The notes beneath the pieces are model-generated. The model was not told where the DNA came from. It saw only the letters and a list, made by a program, of their open reading frames with translations, and ran no database searches. Shown piece by piece: positions 1 to 11,286 of a DNA stretch of 16,803 bases. The DNA comes from Azolla caroliniana (taxonomy: Eukaryota; Plantae; Polypodiophyta), in assembly GCA_043228905.1 (NCBI GenBank), contig JBHGNT010000721.1, positions 1 through 16,803 of the forward strand, given 5' to 3'. The position numbers and the translations under genes were made by a program. The stretch's first letter is position 1, and each line of letters starts with the position of its first letter.

Positions 1-1596
1 ATAGTGGGAATTCGGAATCTCGTCCTCCACTTCGGTGTCGTTCATCAGAACGGTATTTGCATTCACCATCGGCACATTTTCCTCCGTAGTTTGTCTTTTT
101 CTTTTTACGAGATCCACAAGAAGATCATGGAACTCCTTCTTTGCTATTCCGAGTAATTCCCGAAGCGAAAATTCTACCCGGCTATCGAGGATTCTCTCTT
201 CGAAAACCTTTGTCAAGTCCGTTTGTTGTTCGATGTCTGAGACGAGCTTGAATGCCGGAATTGTCTTTTCTTTTCCCTTCCCTTCGGAGTTCCAGCTTTC
301 CAATGTCTTTGATGGTCCGACCGCATCATCCGTGCGTCGTTGTTTTTCATCCACATACACTTCATGCAATTGACATAGCACATGTACGCTATTCATATCT
401 ACGGGGCACTACCATCCCGTAGCTTCCCGGATACATTCCGCGGCGCTTCAGATTTCATCATGGTCGGCTTTCTTCGAAATTTCTAACACTTCCGGCCAAA
501 AAGACGCCTTTGCTACAGATGACTCCCCCACACGTATTCCCGCGGTTGTCGCATAATTGTCTTTTGCTGCGATCTCCTCCTCTAGGACCTTCTTCATGCC
601 GCCTTTCCGGAAGTTCGGTCGGAGTGGCTTCCAAGAATCCATCGAATGAATCCGATTTCCCTCATAGTAGATAAGATCCCATCGTAGCGCTTCCTTGTGC
701 TCGTCACAATTCCTCTGATCATGTTCAGTGCTATCGCACCATATGCACCAACGGTCCATATACTTGGAGCTTGTGGGACGGTCATTCGACTTCTTTACCA
801 TTGCGATTTTTAGATTCTCCATCTCCTTCAACAACTGCTCCACCGTAGTTGCGTTGATTCCCTTCTCGGTCGTAGCTTCCCGAGCCCGCGGTTAATGGTC
901 TTTTGATCCGGATCTCGATTTCGGAATCGGTTCTGAAACCCTCTTTTCTTCGTTGGCAAGCCATTGACCCCTCTTTGTGTATTGCGCGACGATATCCCAC
1001 ACGCTTTCCCATGTTACGGTGAGGCCACTCTTGGTAGTCATGTCCTCTAGAAGGACTCCAAGATCCTTCCGGTCCCGGACGTCTACGGCTCGTAAGAACA
1101 TGATAACTTTGTCCGTTGCGAGGATAGCTTGATCTCTCGCAGACAACCTCCCGAACCGACTTTCGAATGCCGAAAACACATCGAGGACCTTCATCCCCTT
1201 GTCCGGCGTTTCCACCCAATCCTCGAATCCTCTCCGCATTGCCTTGGAGGAGTCCTCGATAGCGAACGTGGTCTTTAACACCTCTTCGAACACTTCCCAC
1301 GTCGGATTTTGTTGTCGTAGCCCGTGGATACTTGCTTGAAGCCCATCAATAGCTACCCGGTTGAAGGATGTCACTTGCAGTCCTTCCAAAATCCCACACC
1401 GTATCATTTCCGCCTTGTAGTCCCGAAGATAGCGTGATACTTCCTTTCCGTTGAATTGCCCGATCCGTTGCACGAGCCGCTCTACTGCCGCCGCTATCTC
1501 CGACATCGCACGTTGTTCTAGAAGCATCCACTTGAACATCATCATCATGTTGTTAGCCTCTGATTGATTTTCCATCTCCTTGCCACCTGTTTTCAT
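1..1596 (-). pseudogene. gag: gag(-pol linker) of element A, with in-frame stops
   Basis: ORFs 892..1596 and 448..843 and the region below 447 share one frame, with stops at 892-894, 448-450 and 409-411. Zinc knuckle CIWCDSTEHDQRNC (CX2CX4HX4C). Clearly similar to the gag of B, C and D (GQFNGK..., FL.AVD..DRKDLG.LLED). Confidence 0.88.
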
Positions 1597-1609
1597 GTCG
1601 GGTTCACCA
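1592..1609 (-). other. Primer-binding site of A, complementary to the tRNA-Trp 3' end (1 mismatch)
   Basis: Minus strand reads TGGTGAACCCGACATGAA. Plant cytosolic tRNA-Trp ends ...TTCACGTCGGGTTCA-CCA (recalled, not searched). Confidence 0.85.
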
Positions 1610-1613
1610 ATTG

Positions 1614-2349
1614 TGTCGTGTCTTTGGGCTCCGGATCGTTGCGTGAGTCAGGCGGGAACCACTGAGGTTTTGGACTAGGAGAAAAGGAAATTCTAAGGCA
1701 ATGAAGAATATGAAATATGTTGTAAGAAAGAAAGATATGAAAAACTCGTGAATCCCACGAGTATAGTGTATTAGTGAGTACTAAGATTAAGAGAGGAAAA
1801 AAATAGTTAGCAAATTCGTGAATCCCACGATTATATAAATATTAATCCACCCTTGTAAAATAAGCAACAACCCCCCATACATCTTTCTCTCCTCCTTATA
1901 TAAGGATGGAAGAGGCTAAGCATAGCTTCATGCTTTTTCTAAAGTGTTCATGCACACTAAATGTGCATGAGTTGCCTTTTTACACTATGCTTTTATTTCC
2001 TAAATATAGTGCTCATGCTCGCTAGATGTGCACGAGTCATTTTTTATTGGTGTACATTTTTCTTATAAATAAAGTATTCACGCATTCTAAAAAATGCATG
2101 ACTTACCTTTTAATAAAGGTAGGCGTAAATAAAGGTCTTATACATATTAAATCTATATTTAAAACACTTAGGATAAGTTAGTACAATGGTAAGGTTGGGG
2201 TTTGTCTATGTGGAGGTATAGGGTTTGAATCCTGCCCTATGCATGTAATAAATATTTTTAATATTTTATTTTATTTATTATACGTACTTTAAATCGGATA
2301 TAGTAATTTACATATTTCACATAGTGTGTGTGTGATTCACACTACGACA
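1614..2349 (-). repeat. 5' LTR of element A (736 bp)
   Basis: Plus strand begins tgtcgtg and ends ctacgaca. TATA-like ccttatataagg at ~1893-1905, CATGCA-rich tract ~1920-2100, adjacent to the PBS. Confidence 0.85.
2172..2243 (+). promoter_or_regulatory. tRNA-like Pol III A-box/B-box module in LTR A (antisense to element)
   Basis: A-box-like TAGTACAATGG at 2179 and B-box-like GGTTTGAATCC at 2222. T8-to-T54 distance 45 nt. T5 run at 2255-2259. Confidence 0.6.
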
Positions 2350-3665
2350 ACGTTCCTTGTTTCATGTCTTTTTGATGGGCCTTGCTCTTCTATTCTTTTT
2401 CTCTTTTCTTCGACGAACACCTCGTGGTTGTCGCACATCACCTCTGCAAGTATGGTGTTGTCGTCCACCAGATCTGACCATCCGGTTATACTTTGTACAC
2501 TTCGATCTGCAAGCTCTACTTCGTTCGAAGTGAGTTTTCCCTTCTTCTCATATTCGAGAACGGAAGTCCAGAACTTTGCTCCCGCTCTAGCAACTTCAGT
2601 CTTGTCTTTCCCGACACTTATTCCGGCCGACGCAGCATAGTGCATCACATCCACATGAGTCACATCGGCATCCTCCATAGATCTCTTCATTCCCCCTCTT
2701 CCGAAATTCACCTGTAGGGGTCTTCGAGTTTCAGTCGAGCAAATCATGTTGTCCTCTATGTATAGGATATTTTGTCGGATTGCCTCTCGAAGGCTCGCAC
2801 AATCCCTTCTCATGTGGTCCATGCTATCGCACCACACGCATCTAAAGGGTTCTTTTCCTTTAGGGCCCCGACGATTCATGTTCGCTAGCGTGACCTTCTC
2901 AAACTTCTTCGCTAGCTCTTCGATGATGTCGTCATCAATATTCTTTTCTTCCACGTTACTTTGTCTTGGCGGCTCAGCTACTTTCGGCGGTCTTGCTTTC
3001 TGCGTGGTAGTCGATCCTGTCAAGTCGGTGTCATCAACCCATTGGCGACGCTTGTTGAGCGTATTGCATGCTTGCTTCACTATAATCTAGTCCGCTACGA
3101 GCCCATTTGCTTGGGTATCGTCTTCGAGAAGAGTCTCCAACTCCCGTCTATGCTTCATGTCCACGGCCTTCAAGAAGTACAAAGTCTTGTCCTCTTCAAG
3201 CAACACTTGGTCCGTGTTGGGGAGACGACTAAACATCTGGTCGAATTCATCGTACACCCTCGAGGCGCTCATCTTCTTATTCTTCTTCTCTATCCACTAC
3301 ATCAGGGCATGTCGAGTCATCTTCGTTGAGTCCTTAGTTGTGAACACCGCTAGTATTGTTTTCTCGAACTCGGACCATGTTGTCTTACCTTCTTGAAGTT
3401 CAATGACGCGTCTTTGGACGTTGTTGGCGACAACTCTCTTGAAGCTTGCGATTTGACGTGCTTCGGACACGTCCCTCTGATTCATCTCCCTTCTATATGT
3501 GTCAAGGAACTTTGTAACGTTCCTTCCATCAAATTGACCCTCGAGCTCTACGACACGGTCGACAACCTTCTCCACGCTCGCATCGTTGTCTCGAGATCTC
3601 ATCATTTGTTCAACGATTAGCATCATCCTTTTGAGCTCTCCCGCTTGGTTTCTTGAGGACGCCAT
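2350..3665 (-). pseudogene. gag: gag of element B, two in-frame stops, truncated by insertion of A
   Basis: ORFs 3297..3671, 3087..3272 and 2337..3080 are in one frame, with TAG stops at 3297-3299 and 3087-3089. Knuckle CVWCDSMDHMRRDC. The N-terminal part closely matches ORF 14363..15271. Confidence 0.9.
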
Positions 3666-3706
3666 CTCCAAGTATTAATCTCGGCTTGATCCTTCCGACC
3701 GCCTCT

Positions 3707-3724
3707 TTCACGTCGGGTTCACCA
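3707..3724 (-). other. Primer-binding site of B (tRNA-Trp)
   Basis: Minus strand TGGTGAACCCGACGTGAA, 8 nt from the LTR end. Confidence 0.88.
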
Positions 3725-3732
3725 CTTAATTA

Positions 3733-4816
3733 TGTTGCGAAGATCCGTCACTATGCGCGGATCGTGAGGCGGAACTACCGAGATTTTGGACCGGAAGTAC
3801 TTGAAGCTGGCGCAAGCTTTAGCGAGAAAGTACTTAAGCTAGATTAAAAGAGAGAGAGAGCTTGAGATAGAATATAACGCTTGACTTTAGATTGAGAGAG
3901 ATTAAGATTGAACTCTTGATTTTAGATTTTAAGAAACAAGTTACACGATCAATTCGATAACGAATTTTCTTCTTCTTAATTTCATAACCAAAAAACCCTA
4001 ACCCTTCTTCTTTTTCATCCCTTCTTTTATAGATGCTCTCATGCATATGATGCATGTGAGGGTACAAGACATGCATAAAATGCATGTTTGCCATTTGGCG
4101 TTCATGTATTACATGTGGTGCATGATAACCATGTCACTCATTTTAGCTCTCATGTATGAGAATTTATATGTAAAAGTACAATGATAGAAATATAAATTCA
4201 ACTAAATGTCATGGCTTGGTGGTAAGCCTATTGACTTTTAACTAGGAGGTGCAAGGTTTGAATCCTCACTTGCCCTCCTTGTATATATATATGTGATATA
4301 TATATTTATTTATTAATTTGGTTGCCGGATGCCATCGGATGCTACCGCCGCCACCGCCGGATGCCGGATACCGCATCGCCGGATCACCGGCTCCGTTGGA
4401 TCTCGATATTGCCATTTACCGTCCAGTTCTGTTTTGGTTGGCCAAAACCTTTATGAGTGGCTAGGCCACCTCCACTTAAAATCAACTTACCTTAAACTCT
4501 CTATGCTCCACACATAGACACAAAAATAATAACTTTTGCTCTACCTTATATATGGTGAGAGCCTTATTCGTCTTGTCTATGTGGGATATCTCACAATTTT
4601 CTCTTTTTCTTTCGCAACTTCTTACCCACATAAATTGACACTTAGATGTCCGTTTCTTATGTAGTAAAGTGGATCTCTTCAAAAAATTTGTCTTTTGTAC
4701 TAAGATATTAAACTTACTTAGAATTAGTATATTCACTATTATTTTTTTATATGATTGACACTTGATTTCATACGTCTTATGTGATTTTCACACCATTCCC
4801 GAAAATCTTCACGACA
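3733..4816 (-). repeat. 5' LTR of element B (1084 bp)
   Basis: Termini tgttgcgaag...cttcacgaca. Colinear with 11287-12694 except for a central GC-rich block. TATA (ctataaaag on minus) at 4024-4032. Confidence 0.9.
4205..4276 (+). promoter_or_regulatory. tRNA-like Pol III A-box/B-box module in LTR B (antisense to element)
   Basis: TGGCTTGGTGG at 4212 with D-arm-like stem GGCTT/AAGCC, and GGTTTGAATCC at 4255. T8-to-T54 distance 45 nt. Confidence 0.65.
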
Positions 4817-6825
4817 CCGGCGTGAGTCCTATAGGAGAGATCGGTGGCGGCAGGTGAATGTGATCAACAGAAGAGGACGGAAGAAAATGGCAAGTGGTGC
4901 TGCCGCGACCTTACACACACCGGTTCTAGATACTTCGGCGGTTGGCCCGATAGCTGGCGTGAGACCTAGAGTAAGGAACGATGGCGGCGGCAAGGCGGGC
5001 AACTGAAGGCAGAAGAGGAGGTCCCGCGAAGATCCTCACACTGATCCGGAGGTCGGCCTGAATGCCGGCATGAGTCCTATAGGAAGGGATGGTGGCGACA
5101 GGTGAACGTGATCGGACGATAGAAAGCAAATAGAAAGGAGATATGAGGCCGGCGAGGCGGCCACAAACCGGATACGAACCCGACCGGCAGAGTCGGCAAG
5201 ACAAAGATCAGATGCGCTTGGTACATGAGTCGGTGACCTAACAAGACGGAGGCCCAAGAAGGATCCTTGACACCTGTCCGGAGACTCTAGCTGTTCGGCC
5301 GATGTGGCAATGTGAGACCGAGGGTAATGGAAGGTGGCCGCAAGGGGACGAAGGCGGCAATAGTAGAGGCACCGACCAGCCGAGGAGTTACATGAACGAA
5401 GGAGGCCATGCGGGTCGGGACGCGGCAAGGATGATCTTCCGATAGGCTGTCGGGGACACCCGGTTAAGGAGCAGTGTGCCGAGCCGGAAAGAGCACACCC
5501 GAAAGCGGAACGGAAGACGTGCGTGTGGCCATCAAGGGCCATAACGAAGCACGAGTACGGGACGATGTTCAGCACAGGCGGTGCCGAACAAGGGAGGCGG
5601 AAGACGGCACACGGAGGTGCCAAAGCGGGAACACCGACGCGGAGATAGGTTGCCGGTTCAGGTGATCTTGCATATAAGACCAAGACGAAGGCGATGGAGG
5701 TCAGCGCGGGACGAGAACCGGGACGACGCGAAGGTCGACGTAGGCCAAGCGGGCCATCACGGGTGCTCCTCGGACGGAGGAGACCGCGTTACCGAAGGAA
5801 CGAGGGGCGTGCATGCGGTCAAGAGAAGGGTCAACGGGGAAGCACGCGCACTACGGGATCGCGGTAGGGACCTATCGACGGGTTGAGTGAGCCTACGATA
5901 AGGCAAGCGCGAGGAGGAACTGGAACCGGCGGTTCATATCGGCGAGGCCAACACGGCTACCGGAATGCGGATTACGGAAGACCGGTTTCTCATTGGCCGG
6001 AATCTCTCCCCTTTTTTGAACTTGGCACGTACCGGTGGACGTGCGGTTTGGTGGGGGCGGATGTCATGAAGAATTCCAGCTATAGTGTGAAACCGGGGTG
6101 GAATAGGGCGAGTCGGTGGTGTGCAACGTGTGCACATGTATAGTAAGAAACGATGTATAGAATATGGGGGAGTATTTATCCCACATTATAATGCATCCCT
6201 CTCCTTGTTCTATAAAAGGAAGGGAGCGCCTCTTGTGAAGGGGTTGCCCATTTTGAGTTAGGAGGGTATACCACTTAGGTCGAAGGTGTGTTAGTTCTTC
6301 TTCTTCTTACTTTAGAGTTCTTTGAGGTCTTCTTCTTTGTGTCTGTTTAGGGTTTTAGCCTGGTGAAGAGCTTGGATGTTCTGTGGGGGCTTGTTCTTCT
6401 TGGCCTCCTGTGCAAGACCCCGCTCGACGCGACGAGCCCAAGAGCTCCCCGATGGCGGCTTGGCAAAAGACTGCTGTTGTGACATAGCCTACCTCAGTCT
6501 GGCTCGGAGCCGAAGTTGTATCTTGCTCTTGTTTGTACATACATGTATATATATATATAGTGAAGTTTTGCGCATTTGTGTCTTCGTCGGTGTCTTTGGA
6601 GTTCCTTCTTTCTGGTTTCTGTACATAGGATGCGTGTGCCTAGTTAGTGTTGCATGCGAGCCCTTTTCCCTCTCTCATACGGTTGTTCCCTATATGTATC
6701 CGGAAACGCTCTAGTTGGTGTCTTGGCCGGTTGCGGGAAGAAGTGAGGCTCGACCTTCCATACTCCGTCTCTCTCTCGTCTGAGACCCCCGTGGTCCCGC
6801 CCCTTCTACACGCACGCGTGTAACA
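4817..6825 (+). mobile_element. Element E: unclassified GC-rich repeat ending in an LTR-like segment
   Basis: Purine- and GC-rich 4817-6140 with internal direct repeats (4817-4865 resembles 5065-5113). PPT-like TGGGGGAG at 6165-6172, CTATAAAAGG at ~6210, CT-rich tract, candidate end ...TGTAACA at 6825. No recognisable protein domain, and the boundaries are uncertain. Confidence 0.4.
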
Positions 6826-7735
6826 ATGTGATAACGTGTTCCGCCATTTCTGCCAAAAGCGCAAACGGGCAGTAACCACGTCAGTGGAATGGCTACAAAC
6901 CTCGTCCAATTGCCCTTGTAGGCAGCTGATAAGAAATCTAAATACCAACGAATTTGAAATTTGGCACTTAAAATCCCAAGTTTAACATTCTTAAGAAAGA
7001 GAATTTTGAATCCATTAAGGGAAGAGCATAACATGTTAGCCACGAGAGAGACGTGAGTAAGTTATAATCTAGAACATGAAATATAAGGAGAGCAAGAAAC
7101 TTGCATCACTTTTCCTACAACTAATTCACCTACATGCAACTTCAAGTTTAATTCATGATTTGATTATACTAAACCTGATGTTTTCCCACGAGGCATGCCT
7201 ATAAGACTTCATGTGTTGTAAATTGTCGTTGGACAATCTAAAGTATATCCAATGTCATGTGATAAAACTACACACAAACACAAGATATATATGAAAGGCA
7301 AAGGAGAAGACACCTAATACATTCATGAATATGTTAGAAAGATTGATAATTGACTAGAAATCGAGTTACACTCATAGAGATGTGTATGTGAAAACCAACT
7401 TTCTATTACATATGAGAGGAGCTCACAATGGTAGTCCATACATGCGCTCACACCTTAAAGCTTAGATGGCATTTGGTCTAGTCGATTAGAAAGTTGGTGG
7501 ACACACATAATAGTCATAAAAACTCATAAGAGAAAGAGAGTGGATATTTATCTTCTCTGTTTGGTCTCACTGTCACATTAAATGTGCAAGTTAGTTGATA
7601 ATAGTGGGGATATTCTTTTTTTGTCAATTGACTTGTCATTTTCCCTAGATATAAGATAGTGATAGAGAGTACTTATCTTAAAGTTAATGCACATACTTAA
7701 AGACTAAAAATCAGTTACAACGGTTTGTTTGGCTT

Positions 7736-8200
7736 AAGGGTGTCAAACTCAAACCATTAAAATTTTTGAAACTTAAACCAAATTGAATTGAAACATAAAA
7801 CCATTCAAACCAACTGTGACAAATAAAAGATTTTTAAACCATTAAAATTGCGATTTTATAGTTCAGTTTTTGTTTCCAACTTAGGTCAAAATTCATTTTT
7901 AAAATTTTTAATTTTTAATTAAAAAAACTGTTCAATATTTCAAAATTTATTTATTTATTCCTAAAGTGTCAAAAGTAGGCTTAAAAATTAAAAGGCTATT
8001 CAAGAAAACATCAAGTGTCAACCCAAAATAGTTAAACCATTTAAAGTGAAAAACATTAAGTTGATAAAAGGCTCAAAGCAAACCAAACCAAACTATTGAC
8101 CCCCGAGCCAAACTGAATTGTTTACACAAACTTGATCTTGAGCTGAATTGAATCGAATCATTTAAACCATTAAGTTGGTTTCAAACCAAATCGTTGTCGA
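7736..8200. mobile_element. Possible decayed hAT-like MITE
   Basis: Starts AAGGGTGTCAAA, has many AAACCA/AAACTG subterminal-type motifs near both ends, an AT-rich core, and TTGACCCCC at 8096. No TSD confirmed. Confidence 0.3.
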
Positions 8201-9177
8201 TTGCTATCAAAGTATCTTAAAGTTAATGGCTCATACTTAAAGATGAAGAACTTATCTTAAAGTCAATGGCACATAACTTTCCAACAAAGAATATTTTTCT
8301 AATCGACATGACCAATCAACCCATTGACTACTTCGCTCTTGCTTGAATACATTTTGCCCTACTCATCTACGGTTTCCCACATTTACACTTCGTCGACCCA
8401 AATGATTGGGTTGTACAATAACTACTCATTTGGGGTGCTATCACAAAAGGTGCACTCTAAGAATACATGTGGGGATAGAGTGACAACTTTTGGTTAATCA
8501 TGGATTATATCTAATACAATAATCATTCTTAATGTACAAGATAGAAGTTAGCTCTATACATAGGATAATGGAGCATGGATAAGCAAAGAGAAATGCACTC
8601 TCTTCATTATACACTTGAGGATGACCCTACCTCCACATTGAATTCTATTTTAATTACTTTGTTCTAAGATCCTTGTTGTTGAATCAAAACATGTAGAACA
8701 ACATACTAACTTCTAGTTTAAAATCATGTTTAAGCAAAATTGCTTTTCTTTCTCAAAAATATAATCCCCTTTTCCTCATATAATGTTTATTATCAAAGAA
8801 ATTCTTGTTAGTTCTCACTTGTTCCCTCATATGTAAGTTGGCCTTCCCCTTATTGTGTATCACATCTGCACTATATTAATTAATGTTGCCTCAAAGTCCA
8901 CTATATGTATGATCCATCATTTTGTTTTCTTCTCTATCTCGAGACCCCGTGTTTGTAATTCTATGATTTCGTTTAGTTGGAGAAATGTTATAGTGGTCAT
9001 CAGTTAAAATAATAAACAATTTGCAACACTACTACCTAAGGGACATGTATAATCATACCCTTTCTCACAAAAAGGTGATGCTAACTACAACGTTCAATGT
9101 CACTTATATATTTTCGGTCATTTCTATATTGAAATGTTACACTAAACATTGGGGTAAACAATCTGTCATTTCTATAT

Positions 9178-9635
9178 TTAACGTGCACATCATGCTCGTC
9201 TTTAGTCTTGGAGTACATCAGTATATCAGATTCTAGATAAATGATGGTAAATATGTGCAAGTAGTCTTTCAAAATATCATTGTACATATATTGAAAACCT
9301 TTATAGCATTCATGAGACCAAGAAACATAATAGTGTATTCAAAATGTTCATATCAAGTGCGGAATGCAGTCTTCCTATCATCGCCAGAATGAATATGAAC
9401 CAAACTATAGACACCTAAAATATCTAGTTTTGTGAAGTATTTAGCTCCACTCAAGCGTTCCAAATGGGTTGACATTAGAGGCAAGGTATGTTGATTTCAA
9501 ATTGTGACTTTGTTTAAGCCTCGATTATCTATGACAAAGCAAAGCTACCCATCTTTCTTCTCAACAAGAAGATTGTGCACCAACAAAAGATTTGGAATAT
9601 TGAAAGAATCCATTTGCCAAATTCTCTCTAGTATA
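9178..9635 (-). pseudogene. pol: Decayed Ty3/Gypsy reverse transcriptase fragment (chromovirus/Tcn1-like)
   Basis: Manual translation across stops and frameshifts: ENLANGFFQYSKS...KKDG*LCFVIDNRGLNKVTI*NQHTLPLMSTHLERLSGAKYFTKLDILGVYSLV...DDRKTAFRT*YEHFEYTIMFLGLMNA...IIYLESDILMYSKTKDEHDVHVK (degenerate YLDD). Cut at 9635 by the Copia LTR. Confidence 0.88.
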
Positions 9636-10177
9636 TGTTGAAGATCATTAAGCTTTGATGGTGATAGGTTATAAATCCTCATTATTCTTTGAAAAGAATA
9701 AGATGTGGAAGCTTGTACATAGACGTAGACGGCTCAACCAGATTGTAGCAAAAGTTAGGTAAACACAAAGGATGGAGAATACACAGTATTAGAGAGAGAG
9801 ACAAAGAGAGAAAAACATCAAAAAACTGAATTCAAAATAATGGTTCTCTATACATATGACTGTTCTTAGTGAGCACTTTTATACAAACCTTGACAACGGG
9901 CTGTCACAAGTATCGTCAGTACTTGAATGCTCATAATTGAGCCCGACACTAACTTGGCCCATCATATTCCTATTTACTAGCATTGGAATGTAGGCCCCCT
10001 AACATTATGACTATCAAAATATTCCTAATACTAAGATTAGGAATATAGACCCTAACGACCTATGAGCCTTATCTTAGGCTACCCAACTGTTGGCTTATTC
10101 AACCGACTTCCTTAACCGACTCGGATCATGTCAGCTTCTTCAGCCAATCTGGCTCATGTTAAGCTTGTCTCTCAACA
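9636..10177 (-). repeat. 3' LTR of the Copia element (542 bp)
   Basis: TGTTGA...TCAACA termini, immediately after the PPT. TATA (gtataaaag on minus) at ~9875-9883. Confidence 0.8.
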
Positions 10178-11286
10178 CTCCCCCTCAAGCTCAACTTGAG
10201 TTTCCTCCTGCTTAGCCGGTTCTTCGCTCTGGCCTCTCCTCGTTTCACGCCTTCTTGCTTGTGCTCCACGACCCGTGATATCCCACACTCCTCGACCTGT
10301 TCGAGCGACTTGTCTGTTGCTAAGGACTTTGTCGACTTCCTTCTTGCCTCTATGACTTCGGCGCCCCTCGATCCATCGACTCTCCTGCCTTGACATTCTT
10401 TTCGGCTACCTTCTCATCCATCTAGTTTTTATGCGCCTCGGTTCTTGCGAACCACTTCCTTTGACCAAGTCAGCCGTCTCCAACTTGTCTTCTTGTAGGC
10501 CTTTGACCACATCTGATCATGTCCTAGTCTTGGACTTTTTGTTTCTGTTGGCTCTGCCACCTGTCTTGCCTCTTTCGATTCGGTCTCCCCCTTGTTTGAT
10601 TGGCTCTGGTTCAGGCTCGTCCTTCTGATAGCTCCCCCTGCATCTGTCCTCGGCTTCTTTAGTCATTTTGAAATCGAATTCTTCATCCGATTTGGGTCCT
10701 TAGACTTCATCTCTACCGGTACTTCTCCCCCTCAAGTTCGGCATGTCGAGGTGCTGCAAACCAAACACATTCGAAATTGTCGTAACTTGTCTAGGCCGAC
10801 AGGTTTGGTGAAGATATCAGTAGTCAGCCGATCCGTCGGAACGTACACAAGTTCCACCTCACTGGAGAGAACTCTCTCCATGACAAAATGGTAGTGCACC
10901 TCATTGTGCTTGGTTCGGGTGTGGAAAACGAGGTTCTTAGCTAGCTGGATGCTGCTGAGGTTGTCATAATAGATCATTGTCGGATCGCCAACCTCCATCC
11001 ACAGATCCTTTAGTAACCACTTGAGCCATATGGCTTTGCATGTAGCGACAACCGTTCCTCTATATTCGGCCTCCGTGCTTGACAATGCAACTATCGGCAA
11101 CTTTTTACTACTCTAGGTGATTGCGACGCTTCTAAATGAGAACGCAAACCCTAATGTAGACCTATGATCGCCGACATTTCCGGCCCAGTCAACATCTGTG
11201 TCGCCGACTAATTGTCTGGCTACACCTACCTGATACAACAACCCATGATACTTTGTGCTAGTCACATATCGCATGATTCGATGCGC
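10172..11286 (-). pseudogene. pol: Copia pol: RT end, RNase H and a charged C-terminal extension
   Basis: AHRIMRYV...DTDVDWAGNVGDHRST...T*SSKKLPIVALSSTEAEY...YYDNLSSIQLAKNLVFHTRTKHNEVHYHF...TDIFTKP, followed by ~180 K/E/R-rich codons ending ELEGEC. Confidence 0.9.
10178..10188 (-). other. Polypurine tract of the Copia element
   Basis: Minus strand TTGAGGGGGAG, directly followed by TGTTGA. Confidence 0.85.

Larger units (their letters stand above)
1..2349 (-). mobile_element. Element A: Ty3/Gypsy-type LTR retrotransposon, 5' part (5' LTR, PBS, gag); continues off the left edge
   Basis: LTR with TGTCG...CGACA termini, tRNA-Trp PBS 4 nt from the LTR, gag with CCHC knuckle. The right end interrupts the gag frame of element B at 2349/2350. 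Confidence 0.9.
2350..4816 (-). mobile_element. Element B: Gypsy-type LTR retrotransposon, 5' part, interrupted by element A
   Basis: 5' LTR 3733-4816 homologous to the solo LTR at 11287-12694, perfect 18-nt Trp PBS, gag pseudogene. Confidence 0.9.

Noticed and set aside
1594-1596. gag ATG located inside the PBS of element A
   Set aside because: It arises from a single G-to-A change at a CpG relative to the B and D PBS, and the equivalent GTG in D is out of frame with gag. Most likely a deamination accident.
6346-6358. TTTAGGG-like telomeric motif (also AAACCCTAA near 3993)
   Set aside because: Single units only. At most common telo-boxes, not an interstitial telomeric array.
6807-6822. Palindrome TACACGC-AC-GCGTGTA as a Helitron 3' hairpin
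   Set aside because: No CTRR terminus at the expected distance on the plus strand, and no other Helitron features.
7050-7660. Possible old LTR remnant
   Set aside because: The composition is LTR-like, but I could not identify termini, a PBS, a PPT or a TSD.
8860-8935. Possible second RT fragment on the minus strand (KQNDGSY...VDF-like)
   Set aside because: Too short and degenerate to support without an HMM search.
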